Of a stretch of DNA of 64,000 nucleotides, positions 38,041-46,773 are shown in pieces. This DNA comes from Clostridia bacterium (lineage in GTDB: Bacteria; Bacillota; Clostridia; Christensenellales; Borkfalkiaceae). Below the pieces are notes generated by a model. That model was not told where the DNA came from, did no database searches, and worked only from the letters and a program-made list of their open reading frames with translations. The position numbers and the translations under genes were made by a program. Location: contig JAGHJP010000050.1 of the NCBI GenBank assembly GCA_017886575.1, forward strand, positions 28,661-92,660, read 5' to 3'. How positions within the stretch are numbered: the first letter of the stretch is position 1; each line of letters starts with the position of its first letter.

Positions 38041-39291
38041 TTATTTTCTTTTTGCAAGGACGTCCCTTTCATACGCCGTGACGGCGGTATAATAGTCGTC
38101 CTCCATGCCCTGCCGGCGGAGATATTCCGCCCAGACGTCCTCGAGGGGCAGGGTCTTGACCCGCTCCTGCAGGAACATGAGCTGCGCGAAGTCCCCTTCG
38201 TCCTGCAGTTTCTTCATGGCGCCGTGCGGCAGCAGGAGGGCGTACAAAAGCGCCTTCTGCACCGAGCGCTGCCCCGTCACCCACGCGAACACGCGGTTGA
38301 TGGAGGCGTCGAAATAGTCCAGCCCGATCATCACTTTACCCGTCGCGTTGCAGCGGACGATCTCCTTGGTCATCTCTTTGAGCTCGTCCTCGAAGGTGAC
38401 GACGTGGTCGCTGTCCCAGCGCACGCCGCGCGTGACGTGCAGCGCCACTTTGTCGTAAAACGTCAGGAGCGCGGGGATCTTGTCGGACACCACTTCGGTG
38501 GGATGATAGTGCCCGTTGTCCAGCAGGCAGCAGATGCCCTTCTGCGCCGCGTAATTCTGGCAGAATTCGCTGCTGCCGACGGTGTAACTCTCCACGCCGA
38601 TGCCGAACACCTTGCTTTCGACGGCGGGAACGACCCATTCCCGATCGTAATTTTCGAGGATCTCGTCGAGCGATTTTTTGAACCGCAGGCGGGGCCCGAG
38701 CCGGTCGGCGGGCACGTCCTTATACCCGTCGGGGATCCAGATGTTGACGAGGCAGGACTTGCCGAAGTCCTTGCCGAGCTGCGCCGCGATCTCCATGCAG
38801 CGTTTGCCGTGCTCCACCCAGAAGCGGCGGGTCGGCTCGTCGGGCGAGGACAGGGTCAGCCCGTCCTTCATCTTCGGATGCCCGAAGAAGGTGGGATTGA
38901 AGTCGATGCCGTCCAGCCCGAGCTTGCGGGCGAACGCCACCCAGGGCCTGAAATATTCATAGGTATAGCCGTCGCGGTCGACCTTGCCCTTATCCTTGCC
39001 CAGAAAGGCATAGGACGCGTGCAGGTTGAGCCGCTTTTTGCCCGGCATGAGTTTCATCGCCTCCTCGATGTCGGCAAAGAGCTCTTCGGGCGTTCTCGCC
39101 CTGCCGGGATAGTTGCCCGTGGTCTGGATGCCGCCCGAGAGGCTGTCCGAGCCGTCGAAGCCCAGCACGTCGTCCCCCTGCCAGCAGTGTACCGAAACGG
39201 GGATCTCCCCCAGGGCGGCGATCGCCTTTTCGGCGTCCACCCCGTATGCCGCATAGACGGACTTTGCGCTTTCGAATCTTTCCTGCGCCAT
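38041..39291 (-). CDS. rhaA: L-rhamnose isomerase
   Basis: Track ORF trimmed to the ATG at 39289-39291 (MAQERFESAKSVYAAYGVD...), with a CAGGAGG RBS 4 nt after the rhaB stop. VSVHCWQGDDVLGF and LNLHASYA are RhaA signatures. Confidence 0.92.
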   Translation of the reverse strand: MAQERFESAKSVYAAYGVDAEKAIAALGEIPVSVHCWQGDDVLGFDGSDSLSGGIQTTGNYPGRARTPEELFADIEEAMKLMPGKKRLNLHASYAFLGKDKGKVDRDGYTYEYFRPWVAFARKLGLDGIDFNPTFFGHPKMKDGLTLSSPDEPTRRFWVEHGKRCMEIAAQLGKDFGKSCLVNIWIPDGYKDVPADRLGPRLRFKKSLDEILENYDREWVVPAVESKVFGIGVESYTVGSSEFCQNYAAQKGICCLLDNGHYHPTEVVSDKIPALLTFYDKVALHVTRGVRWDSDHVVTFEDELKEMTKEIVRCNATGKVMIGLDYFDASINRVFAWVTGQRSVQKALLYALLLPHGAMKKLQDEGDFAQLMFLQERVKTLPLEDVWAEYLRRQGMEDDYYTAVTAYERDVLAKRK

Positions 39292-39295
39292 AATT

Positions 39296-40669
39296 TTATT
39301 GCACCTCCTGTATATCGGTTGAATTTTTAACGATTTTCCGCGCTTCGGCAAGGCCGGAAATTTCGCCCGTGCCGATCGCCTGCATGATGAGATTACCCAT
39401 CGCGGTCGCCTCGGCGGGCCCCGCGATGACCCTCTTTTTCGTTTCCCGCGCCGTCAGTTCGTTCAACAGCCCGTTCTTGCTGCCCCCGCCGATGACGTTG
39501 ACGGCGGCATACGTCCTGCCCGTCAGCTCTTCGAGTTCGCGCATGCTCTCGGCGTAACACAGCGCCAGGCTGTGCAGGACGCAGTAGGCCGTTTCCCCGA
39601 AGGACGCGGCGGCGCCCATCTTCTCCCGCACCGCCTCGGTCATGCTTGCGGGCGCGAGAAAGGCGTCGTCGTTGACGTTGACGGTGTACCCGTTGGGGCT
39701 CTTCCGCGCCATCTTTTCTATCTCCGCGAAGGAGTATTTGTCCCCCGTTTCGTGGCGGAGCTGCTGGATCATCCACAGGCCCATGATGTTCTTCTGAAAG
39801 CGGAAACCGAAGCCGACGCTGCCCTCGTTGGAGTAGTTGAAGCGGCGGCTGCGCCCGTCTGTGTGCGCGGCGGGCTGCTCGACCCCCAGAAGGGACCAGG
39901 TGCCCGAGGATATGTAGAGAGAATTTTCGCCCAGCGGCGCCGCGAGCACGGCGCTCGCCGTGTCGTGCGTGGCGGGCAGGACGACTTCCGCGTCATACCC
40001 GACGAACGCCTTCACCGCCGCCGTAAAGCGCCCGGCTTTTGCCCCCGGCTGCGTCAGGCCGCCGAATAGCCCGCAGGGGAAGGAAAGGGCGGCAATGATC
40101 TCTTCATCCCAGACATGGGTGGCGGCATTGACCATGCCCGTGGACGTAGCGTTGGTGTATTCCTGCAGGGCTGTGCCCGTCAGAAGATAGTGCAGGTAAT
40201 CGGGCAGCATGAGCATGCGCCGCGCCTTTTGAAGCTTTCCGCTCTCCTTGTCCGCCTGCAGCTGATAGACGGTGTTGAAGGGCTGGAACTGAATGCCCGT
40301 CCTTTCATAGAGTGCGGCAAAGGGCAGGACGGCATGCACGGACGGAACGGACGCCTTGGTGCGGCCGTCGCGGTAACAGTAGACCTCGCCCAGCCGTTCG
40401 CCCGCCCCGTCCAGCAGCGCATAGTCCACTGCCCAGGTGTCTATGCCGACGCAGTCGGGCTTTTTGCCCTCTTCGCCCGCCTTTTTCAAGCCGTTGAGTA
40501 CCTCCCGGAAGAGGGAGTCCGCGTCCCAGACGAGGTGCCCGTCCCGCATTTCGGGGAGATTGGGGAAACGGTAAATTTCCTCCGTGACCAGTTTGCCGCC
40601 GTCGAGGTATCCGAGAATGTGCCGCCCCGACGACGCGCCGATGTCGATCGCAAGATATTTCATGTCCAC
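39296..40669 (-). CDS. rhaB: rhamnulokinase (FGGY family)
   Basis: 457 aa. YLAIDIGASSGRHILG, GIDTWAVDYALLD, and the C-terminal GGGSKNGLLNELTA. Confidence 0.9.
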   Translation of the reverse strand: MDMKYLAIDIGASSGRHILGYLDGGKLVTEEIYRFPNLPEMRDGHLVWDADSLFREVLNGLKKAGEEGKKPDCVGIDTWAVDYALLDGAGERLGEVYCYRDGRTKASVPSVHAVLPFAALYERTGIQFQPFNTVYQLQADKESGKLQKARRMLMLPDYLHYLLTGTALQEYTNATSTGMVNAATHVWDEEIIAALSFPCGLFGGLTQPGAKAGRFTAAVKAFVGYDAEVVLPATHDTASAVLAAPLGENSLYISSGTWSLLGVEQPAAHTDGRSRRFNYSNEGSVGFGFRFQKNIMGLWMIQQLRHETGDKYSFAEIEKMARKSPNGYTVNVNDDAFLAPASMTEAVREKMGAAASFGETAYCVLHSLALCYAESMRELEELTGRTYAAVNVIGGGSKNGLLNELTARETKKRVIAGPAEATAMGNLIMQAIGTGEISGLAEARKIVKNSTDIQEVQ

Positions 40670-40700
40670 TCCTTATGACGATCCGTCCGTATTTACGCGC

Positions 40701-43277
40701 TTACGCGCCCGCGCGGCTCTCTTCGCCCGCGGCGCACTGCCGCTCGTAGACGCCGCTGGGAAGCGTTTCCGTCCCGCCGTCCGGAAGGGTCAGTTCGCAC
40801 GCCGTGCCCACGGGCACGCGGACCGAGACAGAAAAGACGCCGCCCTGCTTTTCCCAATGCACTTCGATCTTTCCGTAAGGGGTCTTGACGCTCCCCTTCG
40901 CCTCGGACATGCCCCCGCCCAAGACGGGACATACGCGGAATTTGCGATAGCCTGCCTCGATCGGCTCCACGCCCAGAACGCGGCGGTAGAGGAAGTCGCC
41001 GACCGCGCCGCTGGCATAATGATTGTAAGAGATCATGACGCCCGCCGTGCCGTCGTCGCCGATGGGGCATTCCCCCTCCTCGTTCAGCCCGTCCCAGCGC
41101 TCCCACACCGTGGTCGCGCCGGCTTTGACCTCATACAGCCAGGAAGGGCATTTTTTTTTGAGGAGCATCTTATACGCCGCGTCCGCCTGTCCGTTGTCCG
41201 CCAGCGCGAAAAGGATGTAGGGCGTGCCGGGGAACCCCGTGCCCACGCAATAACCGTTCTTTTCGACCAGGCGGCGCAGGTTTTCCGCCGCGTTTTTGCG
41301 CTCTTCGCCGCGGAAAATGCCGAATTGCAGGGGCAGGACGTACGCCGTCTGAAACTCCTCTTTCAGCTTGCCGTTCCCGTCCGTGAGGATGGAACGATAG
41401 GCGTCCGCCACCTTTTCGGAGAGAGCGGCGTAATACGCCGCGTCCTCTTGTTCGCCTAAAATGTCCGCGATGCGGGAGAGCAGGCCGCTGGTGTTTTTCA
41501 GGCTTGCCGTCGCCGTCCATTTGCCGCGCGCCTGCCACTGCTGCATTTTGGGCAGGTCGGGCGCGACCCAGTCGCCGAAGTTCAAAACGCCCGGCGTGTT
41601 CCAGAGATACCTGTGTTTGCCGAAGCTGCAGAGCCCCGCCCAGAAACGGCACGCCTTGACGTACTTTTTCATGGTCGGGTACATTTTTCTCAACAGCTCC
41701 TTATCCCCCCGCGCCCGGTACTCCGCCCAGGGAACGAGGATGCACGCATCCCCCCAGAACGCCATTGCCATCACGGGCATGGTGGCGGGGAAGCCGTAAC
41801 CGTGCCGCGGCACGGTGTTGGGGATGCCGCCCGAGCGCAGCTGCTCGCTCTGCACGTCCAGAAGCCATTTTTCCAAAAAACGGCTCATGTCGAAATTGTA
41901 GCACGCCGTGGGGGCGAACACCGCGATGTCCCCCGTCCAGCCCATGCGCTCGTCCCGCTGCGGGCAGTCGGTGGGGATGTCCATGAAATTGGAACGCGCG
42001 CTCCATACAATGTTTTGCTGCAGACGGTTGACGTCCTCGTCCGAACAGGAAAATTCACCCGTCTCCTCGATGTCCGACCAGAGCGCGAAGGCGGAAACTT
42101 TGACTTTCTCCTCGTCTGCCCCCGTCACTTCGGCGTAGCGGAAACCCATGTACGTCAGGCGGGGGGAATATTCCTGTATCCCGTCCCTGCAGACGTAGAC
42201 GGCTTCGCACTTGGCGGAACGGAGAAAGTCGGTCATGAGCGTGCCGTCCTTGCGGAGCACTTCGGCGTGACGCACACGGACGGTCTGCCCCGCCTTGCCG
42301 TCGATCCGCAGCCGTATGACCCCCGCGAAGTTCTGCCCGAAGTCGTAGACGAGCGCGCCCGAGGGGAGACGGCTGACCGACACGGGCAGCATCTCCCGCT
42401 GCGCGCGCACGGGCGCTCCGTACGCCGCCAGAATTTTCGGAGAAATGCGCAGTTTCTCCTCTTTCGCCTGCCGCCAGCCGATCTTTTGCAGGTCGACGGT
42501 GGCGTCATACACTTCGCCGTCGTAGATGTCCGCCGCGCGGCAGTTGCCGTCCTCGGTCACCTCCCAGCTTTCGTCCGTGCCGAACACCTCTTCCCCGCCG
42601 TCCGCATACTCCACGCGCAGTTCCAAAAGGAGCGCCTGCCGGTCGGCATATACGCGGTTTTTGCGCGTCCAGACGAAGGAGCCGACCGCCCAGCCGCCGC
42701 CGACGACGGCGAGGAGTTCGTTCTCCCCCCGCAAGTCCCCCGTCACGTCGTAGGTCATGTATTGCAGCCGGTGCTTATATGAAGTGAATCCGGGGGCAAA
42801 ATAATCGCTACCCACTTTTTTCCCGTTGAGCATAAGCTCGAAAATGCCCATGGCGGTGACGTAAATGCGGGCGCGCCGCACCTGCCCCCGCAACGCGAAG
42901 CGGCGACGGAAGTACATGGGCACGGGGGAAACCTTCTTTTCGCGAAAGACGTATGCCCCGTCGGTGATCCATTTCGCCTGCCAGGGCGTGCCCAGCCGCC
43001 CCGTTTCAAAGGAGGAGCTCCCCGCGGCGCGCTCGCCGTCCTGCCCTTCCGCCTCCACCTGCACGGTGTACGTTGTGAAAGGACGGAGGGGAGCGCCGCC
43101 GTAAGGCACCAGCACCTGCTCCGCCGTTTCCGTCTGCCAGCCGCCGACCGCGATGCGGGCGCGGCGGAGCGCCGCGCCCTGCCGGTCGGACGCAAGCGAA
43201 AAGGAGAAGCGCGGCCGCGCTTCATCCGTCACGCAGCCGTCCGCCCTGTTTTCCGTTCTGATCTCCGTTATCTCCAT
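40701..43277 (-). CDS. alpha-L-rhamnosidase (glycoside hydrolase family 78)
   Basis: 858 aa. N-terminal rhamnosidase pattern (RPRFSFSL...AKWITDG...YFRRRF), (alpha/alpha)6 catalytic region with DCPQRDERMGWTGD. First gene of the rha operon. Confidence 0.9.
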   Translation of the reverse strand: MEITEIRTENRADGCVTDEARPRFSFSLASDRQGAALRRARIAVGGWQTETAEQVLVPYGGAPLRPFTTYTVQVEAEGQDGERAAGSSSFETGRLGTPWQAKWITDGAYVFREKKVSPVPMYFRRRFALRGQVRRARIYVTAMGIFELMLNGKKVGSDYFAPGFTSYKHRLQYMTYDVTGDLRGENELLAVVGGGWAVGSFVWTRKNRVYADRQALLLELRVEYADGGEEVFGTDESWEVTEDGNCRAADIYDGEVYDATVDLQKIGWRQAKEEKLRISPKILAAYGAPVRAQREMLPVSVSRLPSGALVYDFGQNFAGVIRLRIDGKAGQTVRVRHAEVLRKDGTLMTDFLRSAKCEAVYVCRDGIQEYSPRLTYMGFRYAEVTGADEEKVKVSAFALWSDIEETGEFSCSDEDVNRLQQNIVWSARSNFMDIPTDCPQRDERMGWTGDIAVFAPTACYNFDMSRFLEKWLLDVQSEQLRSGGIPNTVPRHGYGFPATMPVMAMAFWGDACILVPWAEYRARGDKELLRKMYPTMKKYVKACRFWAGLCSFGKHRYLWNTPGVLNFGDWVAPDLPKMQQWQARGKWTATASLKNTSGLLSRIADILGEQEDAAYYAALSEKVADAYRSILTDGNGKLKEEFQTAYVLPLQFGIFRGEERKNAAENLRRLVEKNGYCVGTGFPGTPYILFALADNGQADAAYKMLLKKKCPSWLYEVKAGATTVWERWDGLNEEGECPIGDDGTAGVMISYNHYASGAVGDFLYRRVLGVEPIEAGYRKFRVCPVLGGGMSEAKGSVKTPYGKIEVHWEKQGGVFSVSVRVPVGTACELTLPDGGTETLPSGVYERQCAAGEESRAGA

Positions 43278-43340
43278 GTATTCCCCTTTCCCCGCCGCTT
43301 TTTCCGCCGATCCTGCGGGACGGGCATTTTTCTACGGAAT

Positions 43341-43368
43341 ATTATAGCATATATTTTCGTTTTGTCCA
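43341..43368 (-). promoter_or_regulatory. putative promoter of the rhamnose operon
   Basis: Minus strand reads TGGACA (43363-43368), 16-nt spacer, TGcTATAAT (-10 at 43341-43346). Confidence 0.55.
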
Positions 43369-43500
43369 TATCTTCCGTCAAATTGATTGAAATTTTGCCA
43401 TTCGCTCAAAAACTCAGTCAAAAAAGAGCAAAAACGATCAAAAACGAAAACGCTCTGCCCGCGAAAGCCGGACAAAAGCGCACAAAACGCCCCGGCAACA

Positions 43501-43543
43501 GCAGAGCCCCGCCGGGTTTTTGCCGGCGGGGGCTCTGCTTTTT
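43501..43543 (+). terminator. strong plus-strand intrinsic terminator with no upstream plus-strand gene (orphan)
   Basis: GCAGAGCCCCGCCGG gttttt GCCGGCGGGGGCTCTGC, a ~15-bp stem with one bulge, then TTTTT. No T-run in the minus orientation. Confidence 0.65.
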
Positions 43544-43899
43544 ATATCGGTAAGTGTTGTATGGACGCGGATAAAAACGAACGTTTCCCGATCCGTTTTT
43601 CTCTTTCCGCCGCGGGGAACGAGGAAGCCCCCCGCGCAGCATTCCTATCTTAACACCGCGCGCGCCGTCTGTCAATATCCCCGCGCGATTTGATCGGAAA
43701 ATTGACAAACGATCGGACGAAACCCCGCTTTCGCGCACCGCCGCGCACGATCGCGCAACGCCTGCCCCGCGGCAAACAAAGGAAAGGGCGCAGGGCGGCG
43801 CGCCTGCGCGGCCGGGCGAGCGCGCGAAAACGGAAGAAAAGAGAAATGAACGGGAACGATCATAAATGAACAAAAATGAAAGAGATTTTACGATTTATA

Positions 43900-43929
43900 T
43901 TGACAAAGGGCGCGCGGCTGTGTTATAAT
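43900..43929 (+). promoter_or_regulatory. promoter of the DeoR regulator gene
   Basis: TTGACA (43900-43905), 18-nt spacer, extended -10 TGtTATAAT (43921-43929). The first ATG of the track ORF (43928) lies inside the -10 and is therefore rejected as a start. Confidence 0.65.
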
Positions 43930-43963
43930 GCGCACGATCGGAAGAAATTACGGGGGCGGAAAA

Positions 43964-44731
43964 ATGTTTGTCAATCAACGGTTCAAACTGATAGCGGACT
44001 ATCTGAAAGAAAAGAAGAAGGCGACGGTGGAAGAGCTGGCGGCGCTTTTGTACGTTTCCCCCGCGACCATACGGCGGGACCTTCTGGAAATGCAGAAGAT
44101 GGGCGTGATCGCCCGCACGCACGGCGGGGCACTGTACATTGAAAACTCCGCGGAGATATCCATCTTCGTACGGCTGGAAAAGAACGCCAGGGAGAAGGAG
44201 CAGGCGGCGTCGGTCGCCCTCGGACACCTGCCGTCCTTCCAGACGGTGTTCATCGACAATTCCTCCACCTGCCTCGCCCTTGCCGAACGCATGGACCTGA
44301 CGCATAAGACGGTGGTCACCAACGGGCTGCAGGTCGCGCTCAAATTGTCGCAGAAAGAGGACGTGCACCTCATCATGCCCGCGGGAGAAGTGCACTTCAA
44401 CACCAATTCGGTGACGGGCAGCCTGACGTGCAACCTGCTGCGCTCTTTCAACCTCGACCTCATGCTCTGCTCGTGCGCCGCCCTCGACGAAAAGGGAACG
44501 TATGAACACTCCCTCGAAACCATTCAGCTGAAACAGGTCGCCCTCGAACAGACCCGCACGCACATTCTGGTCGCGGACGGGACAAAACTGTTCCGCTCCG
44601 CCCCCTACCGCACGGGTCCGCTCGGCAGTTACGACGCCGTCATGACCGAGGCGGACGACGAAACGGTGCAGCCCCTGCGCGACATGGGGCTGACGGTGTA
44701 CAACAAGATCGCACCGCAGAATTTATTATGA
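43964..44731 (+). CDS. DeoR family transcriptional regulator (probable rhamnose-locus regulator)
   Basis: Start moved to the ATG at 43964 (MFVNQRFKLIADYLKEKKKATVEELAALLYVSPATIRRDLLEMQKMGVIARTHGGA, a DeoR HTH). C-terminal DeoR sugar-phosphate sensor domain. Confidence 0.88.
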   Translation: MFVNQRFKLIADYLKEKKKATVEELAALLYVSPATIRRDLLEMQKMGVIARTHGGALYIENSAEISIFVRLEKNAREKEQAASVALGHLPSFQTVFIDNSSTCLALAERMDLTHKTVVTNGLQVALKLSQKEDVHLIMPAGEVHFNTNSVTGSLTCNLLRSFNLDLMLCSCAALDEKGTYEHSLETIQLKQVALEQTRTHILVADGTKLFRSAPYRTGPLGSYDAVMTEADDETVQPLRDMGLTVYNKIAPQNLL

Positions 44732-44747
44732 CCGACGCAACAAAATA

Positions 44748-44784
44748 AGCGGGACAGGGATCTTTGCCTGCCCCGCTTTCGTTT
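44748..44784. terminator. terminator between the convergent DeoR and ABC genes
   Basis: AGCGGGACAGG ... CCTGCCCCGCT imperfect hairpin followed by TTCGTTT. Confidence 0.5.
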
Positions 44785-44823
44785 GCGGAAAAGATTGCGG
44801 CGAAGGGCACGCTTCCGTACCCG

Positions 44824-46773
44824 TCATTCGAGTTCGAACGCGCCCGTATACAGCTGATAGTACTTGCCTTTTTGGGCAATGAGCTGGTCATGGGTGCCGC
44901 GTTCGATGATGACGCCGTGTTCGAGCACCATGATCGCCTGCGAGTTGCGGACCGTGGAGAGGCGATGGGCGATGACGAACACCGTTCTGCCCTCCATGAG
45001 TTTATCCATGCCCTGCTCGATGAGCTTTTCGGTGCGGGTATCGATGGAGGAAGTCGCCTCGTCCAGAATGAGCACGGGGCAGTCGGAGACCATGGCGCGC
45101 GCGATGGCGAGCAGCTGGCGCTGCCCCTGAGAGAGATTGGAGCCGTCGCCGTGCAGCACCGTCTGATGCCCCTGCGGCAGGTGGCGGATGAAGGAGTCGG
45201 CGTTTGCAAGTTTCGCCGCGGCAATACAATCCTCATCCGTCGCGTCCAGCCTGCCGTAGCGGATGTTGTCCATGACCGTGCCCGTAAAGAGATGCGTGTC
45301 CTGCAGCACCACGCCGAGCGAACGGCGGAGATCGGACTTTTTGATGGAGCGGATGTCCAGCCCGTCGTAAGTGATGCGCCCTTCCCGGATGTCATAGAAA
45401 CGGTTGATGAGGTTGGTGATGGTCGTCTTGCCCGCGCCCGTGGCGCCGACGAAGGCGATCTTCTGCCCGGGCTTGGCGTACAGGGAGATGTCCTTCAAAA
45501 CGTCCTTTTCGGGCGTGTAACCGAAGGTGACGTGCTCGAAACGGATGTCGCCGCGCAGGAGTCCGTACTCGGGCATGCCCCCGTCCTTCGCGGGTTTTTT
45601 CCACGCCCAGAGTTTGCCGCCGGCCGCTTCCTCATAGCCCGTTTCCGTCCGGTCCACGCGGACGAGCGTAACGTCCCCGCCTTCGTCCTCGCTTGCGGCG
45701 TCGACGATGGCAAAGATGCGTTCGGCGCCCGCCATGCCCATGACGACGGTGTTGAACTGCTGCGCCACCTGCTGGACGGGCATGTTGAAGCTGCGCGCCA
45801 GGGTGAGGTAAGAGATGATGGCGGCGATGGTCAGCCCCCAGCTGCCGGTGTTGACGAACCCGAAGAGGGAAAGCCCCCACACCGTGCCGCTGCTTGCCAA
45901 AACGACGCCCACGAGGGCGAGCACGATGTACTGCACATAGCCAAGATTATTGGTCGTCGGGCCCATGACGTTGACGATGGAGTTTGCCGCCGTGGCGTTT
46001 TTGCGCAGGTCCTCGTTGAGGGCGGTGAAATTTTCGACCGCTTTTTCCTCGTGGCAGAACACCTTGACGACCTTCTGCCCCTCGATCATCTCCTCGATAT
46101 AGCCGTTGAGCGTGCCGAGGGAGGACTGCTGGCGGACGAAGTATCTGCCCGATTTGCCGCTCAGAACGCCCACGATGAAGAGGAGGAGCGCCAAAAACAG
46201 GAGCGCCACGACGGTCAGCGTCACGCTGTAAAAGAGCATGGCGCAGAACACGCCCACGATGGTGACGACCGACGAGATGAGCTGGGGAATGGTCTGGCTG
46301 AGAAGCTGACGGAGCGTATCGGTATCGTTGGTGTACACGCTCATGAGATCGCCGTGGGTGTGCGCGTCGAAGAAGCCGATGGGCAGGGACTGCATGTGCG
46401 AGAACATGTCGTCGCGCAGCCGCTTCATCGTTCCCTCGGAGATATACACCATGAGGCGGGAATAGGTAAAGTTGCACAGGATGCCGAACACATAGATGGC
46501 GAGCATGGCGAAGAGCAGCCCGAAAAATTCCCCGTCGGGCGTACCGCCGATGCCGATCTCGGCAAGATGCTGGGTGAAGAACCCGACGAACACCGAGGCG
46601 CTGATGGACGCCAGCGCGCCGACGACGATCATGACGCAGACCAGCACGAACCGCCACTTGTAGCGGGAAGTCATGTATTTCATCAGCCGTTTGAAAGTTT
46701 TGCCGGGATTTTCCGCCCGCTTGCCGCCCTGCGCGGCTCTGCCGCGTCCGCCCATGTTAATCGTTCTTGCCAT
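44824..46773 (-). CDS. ABC exporter, fused permease/ATPase subunit (canonical ATP site)
   Basis: Six-TM domain plus NBD. Walker A GATGAGKTT, signature LSQGQRQ, Walker B ILILDEATSSID. ATG 46771-46773 (MARTINMGG...) is preferred over the track's GTG at 46782 because of the GGGGGTG RBS spacing. It overlaps the upstream gene by 17 nt. Confidence 0.88.
   Translation of the reverse strand: MARTINMGGRGRAAQGGKRAENPGKTFKRLMKYMTSRYKWRFVLVCVMIVVGALASISASVFVGFFTQHLAEIGIGGTPDGEFFGLLFAMLAIYVFGILCNFTYSRLMVYISEGTMKRLRDDMFSHMQSLPIGFFDAHTHGDLMSVYTNDTDTLRQLLSQTIPQLISSVVTIVGVFCAMLFYSVTLTVVALLFLALLLFIVGVLSGKSGRYFVRQQSSLGTLNGYIEEMIEGQKVVKVFCHEEKAVENFTALNEDLRKNATAANSIVNVMGPTTNNLGYVQYIVLALVGVVLASSGTVWGLSLFGFVNTGSWGLTIAAIISYLTLARSFNMPVQQVAQQFNTVVMGMAGAERIFAIVDAASEDEGGDVTLVRVDRTETGYEEAAGGKLWAWKKPAKDGGMPEYGLLRGDIRFEHVTFGYTPEKDVLKDISLYAKPGQKIAFVGATGAGKTTITNLINRFYDIREGRITYDGLDIRSIKKSDLRRSLGVVLQDTHLFTGTVMDNIRYGRLDATDEDCIAAAKLANADSFIRHLPQGHQTVLHGDGSNLSQGQRQLLAIARAMVSDCPVLILDEATSSIDTRTEKLIEQGMDKLMEGRTVFVIAHRLSTVRNSQAIMVLEHGVIIERGTHDQLIAQKGKYYQLYTGAFELE

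Noticed and set aside
43418-43873. 151-aa minus-strand ORF in the rha/deoR intergenic region
   Set aside because: The translation is Arg/Gly/Ala/Pro/Ser-rich with no motif and no RBS. It crosses the strong plus-strand terminator hairpin.
33779-44731. The rhamnose locus as something novel
   Set aside because: The gene set (GH78, rhaB, rhaA, rhaD, transporter, fucO, DeoR) is a standard L-rhamnose catabolic cluster. Only the transporter tail and the regulatory region were kept as findings.
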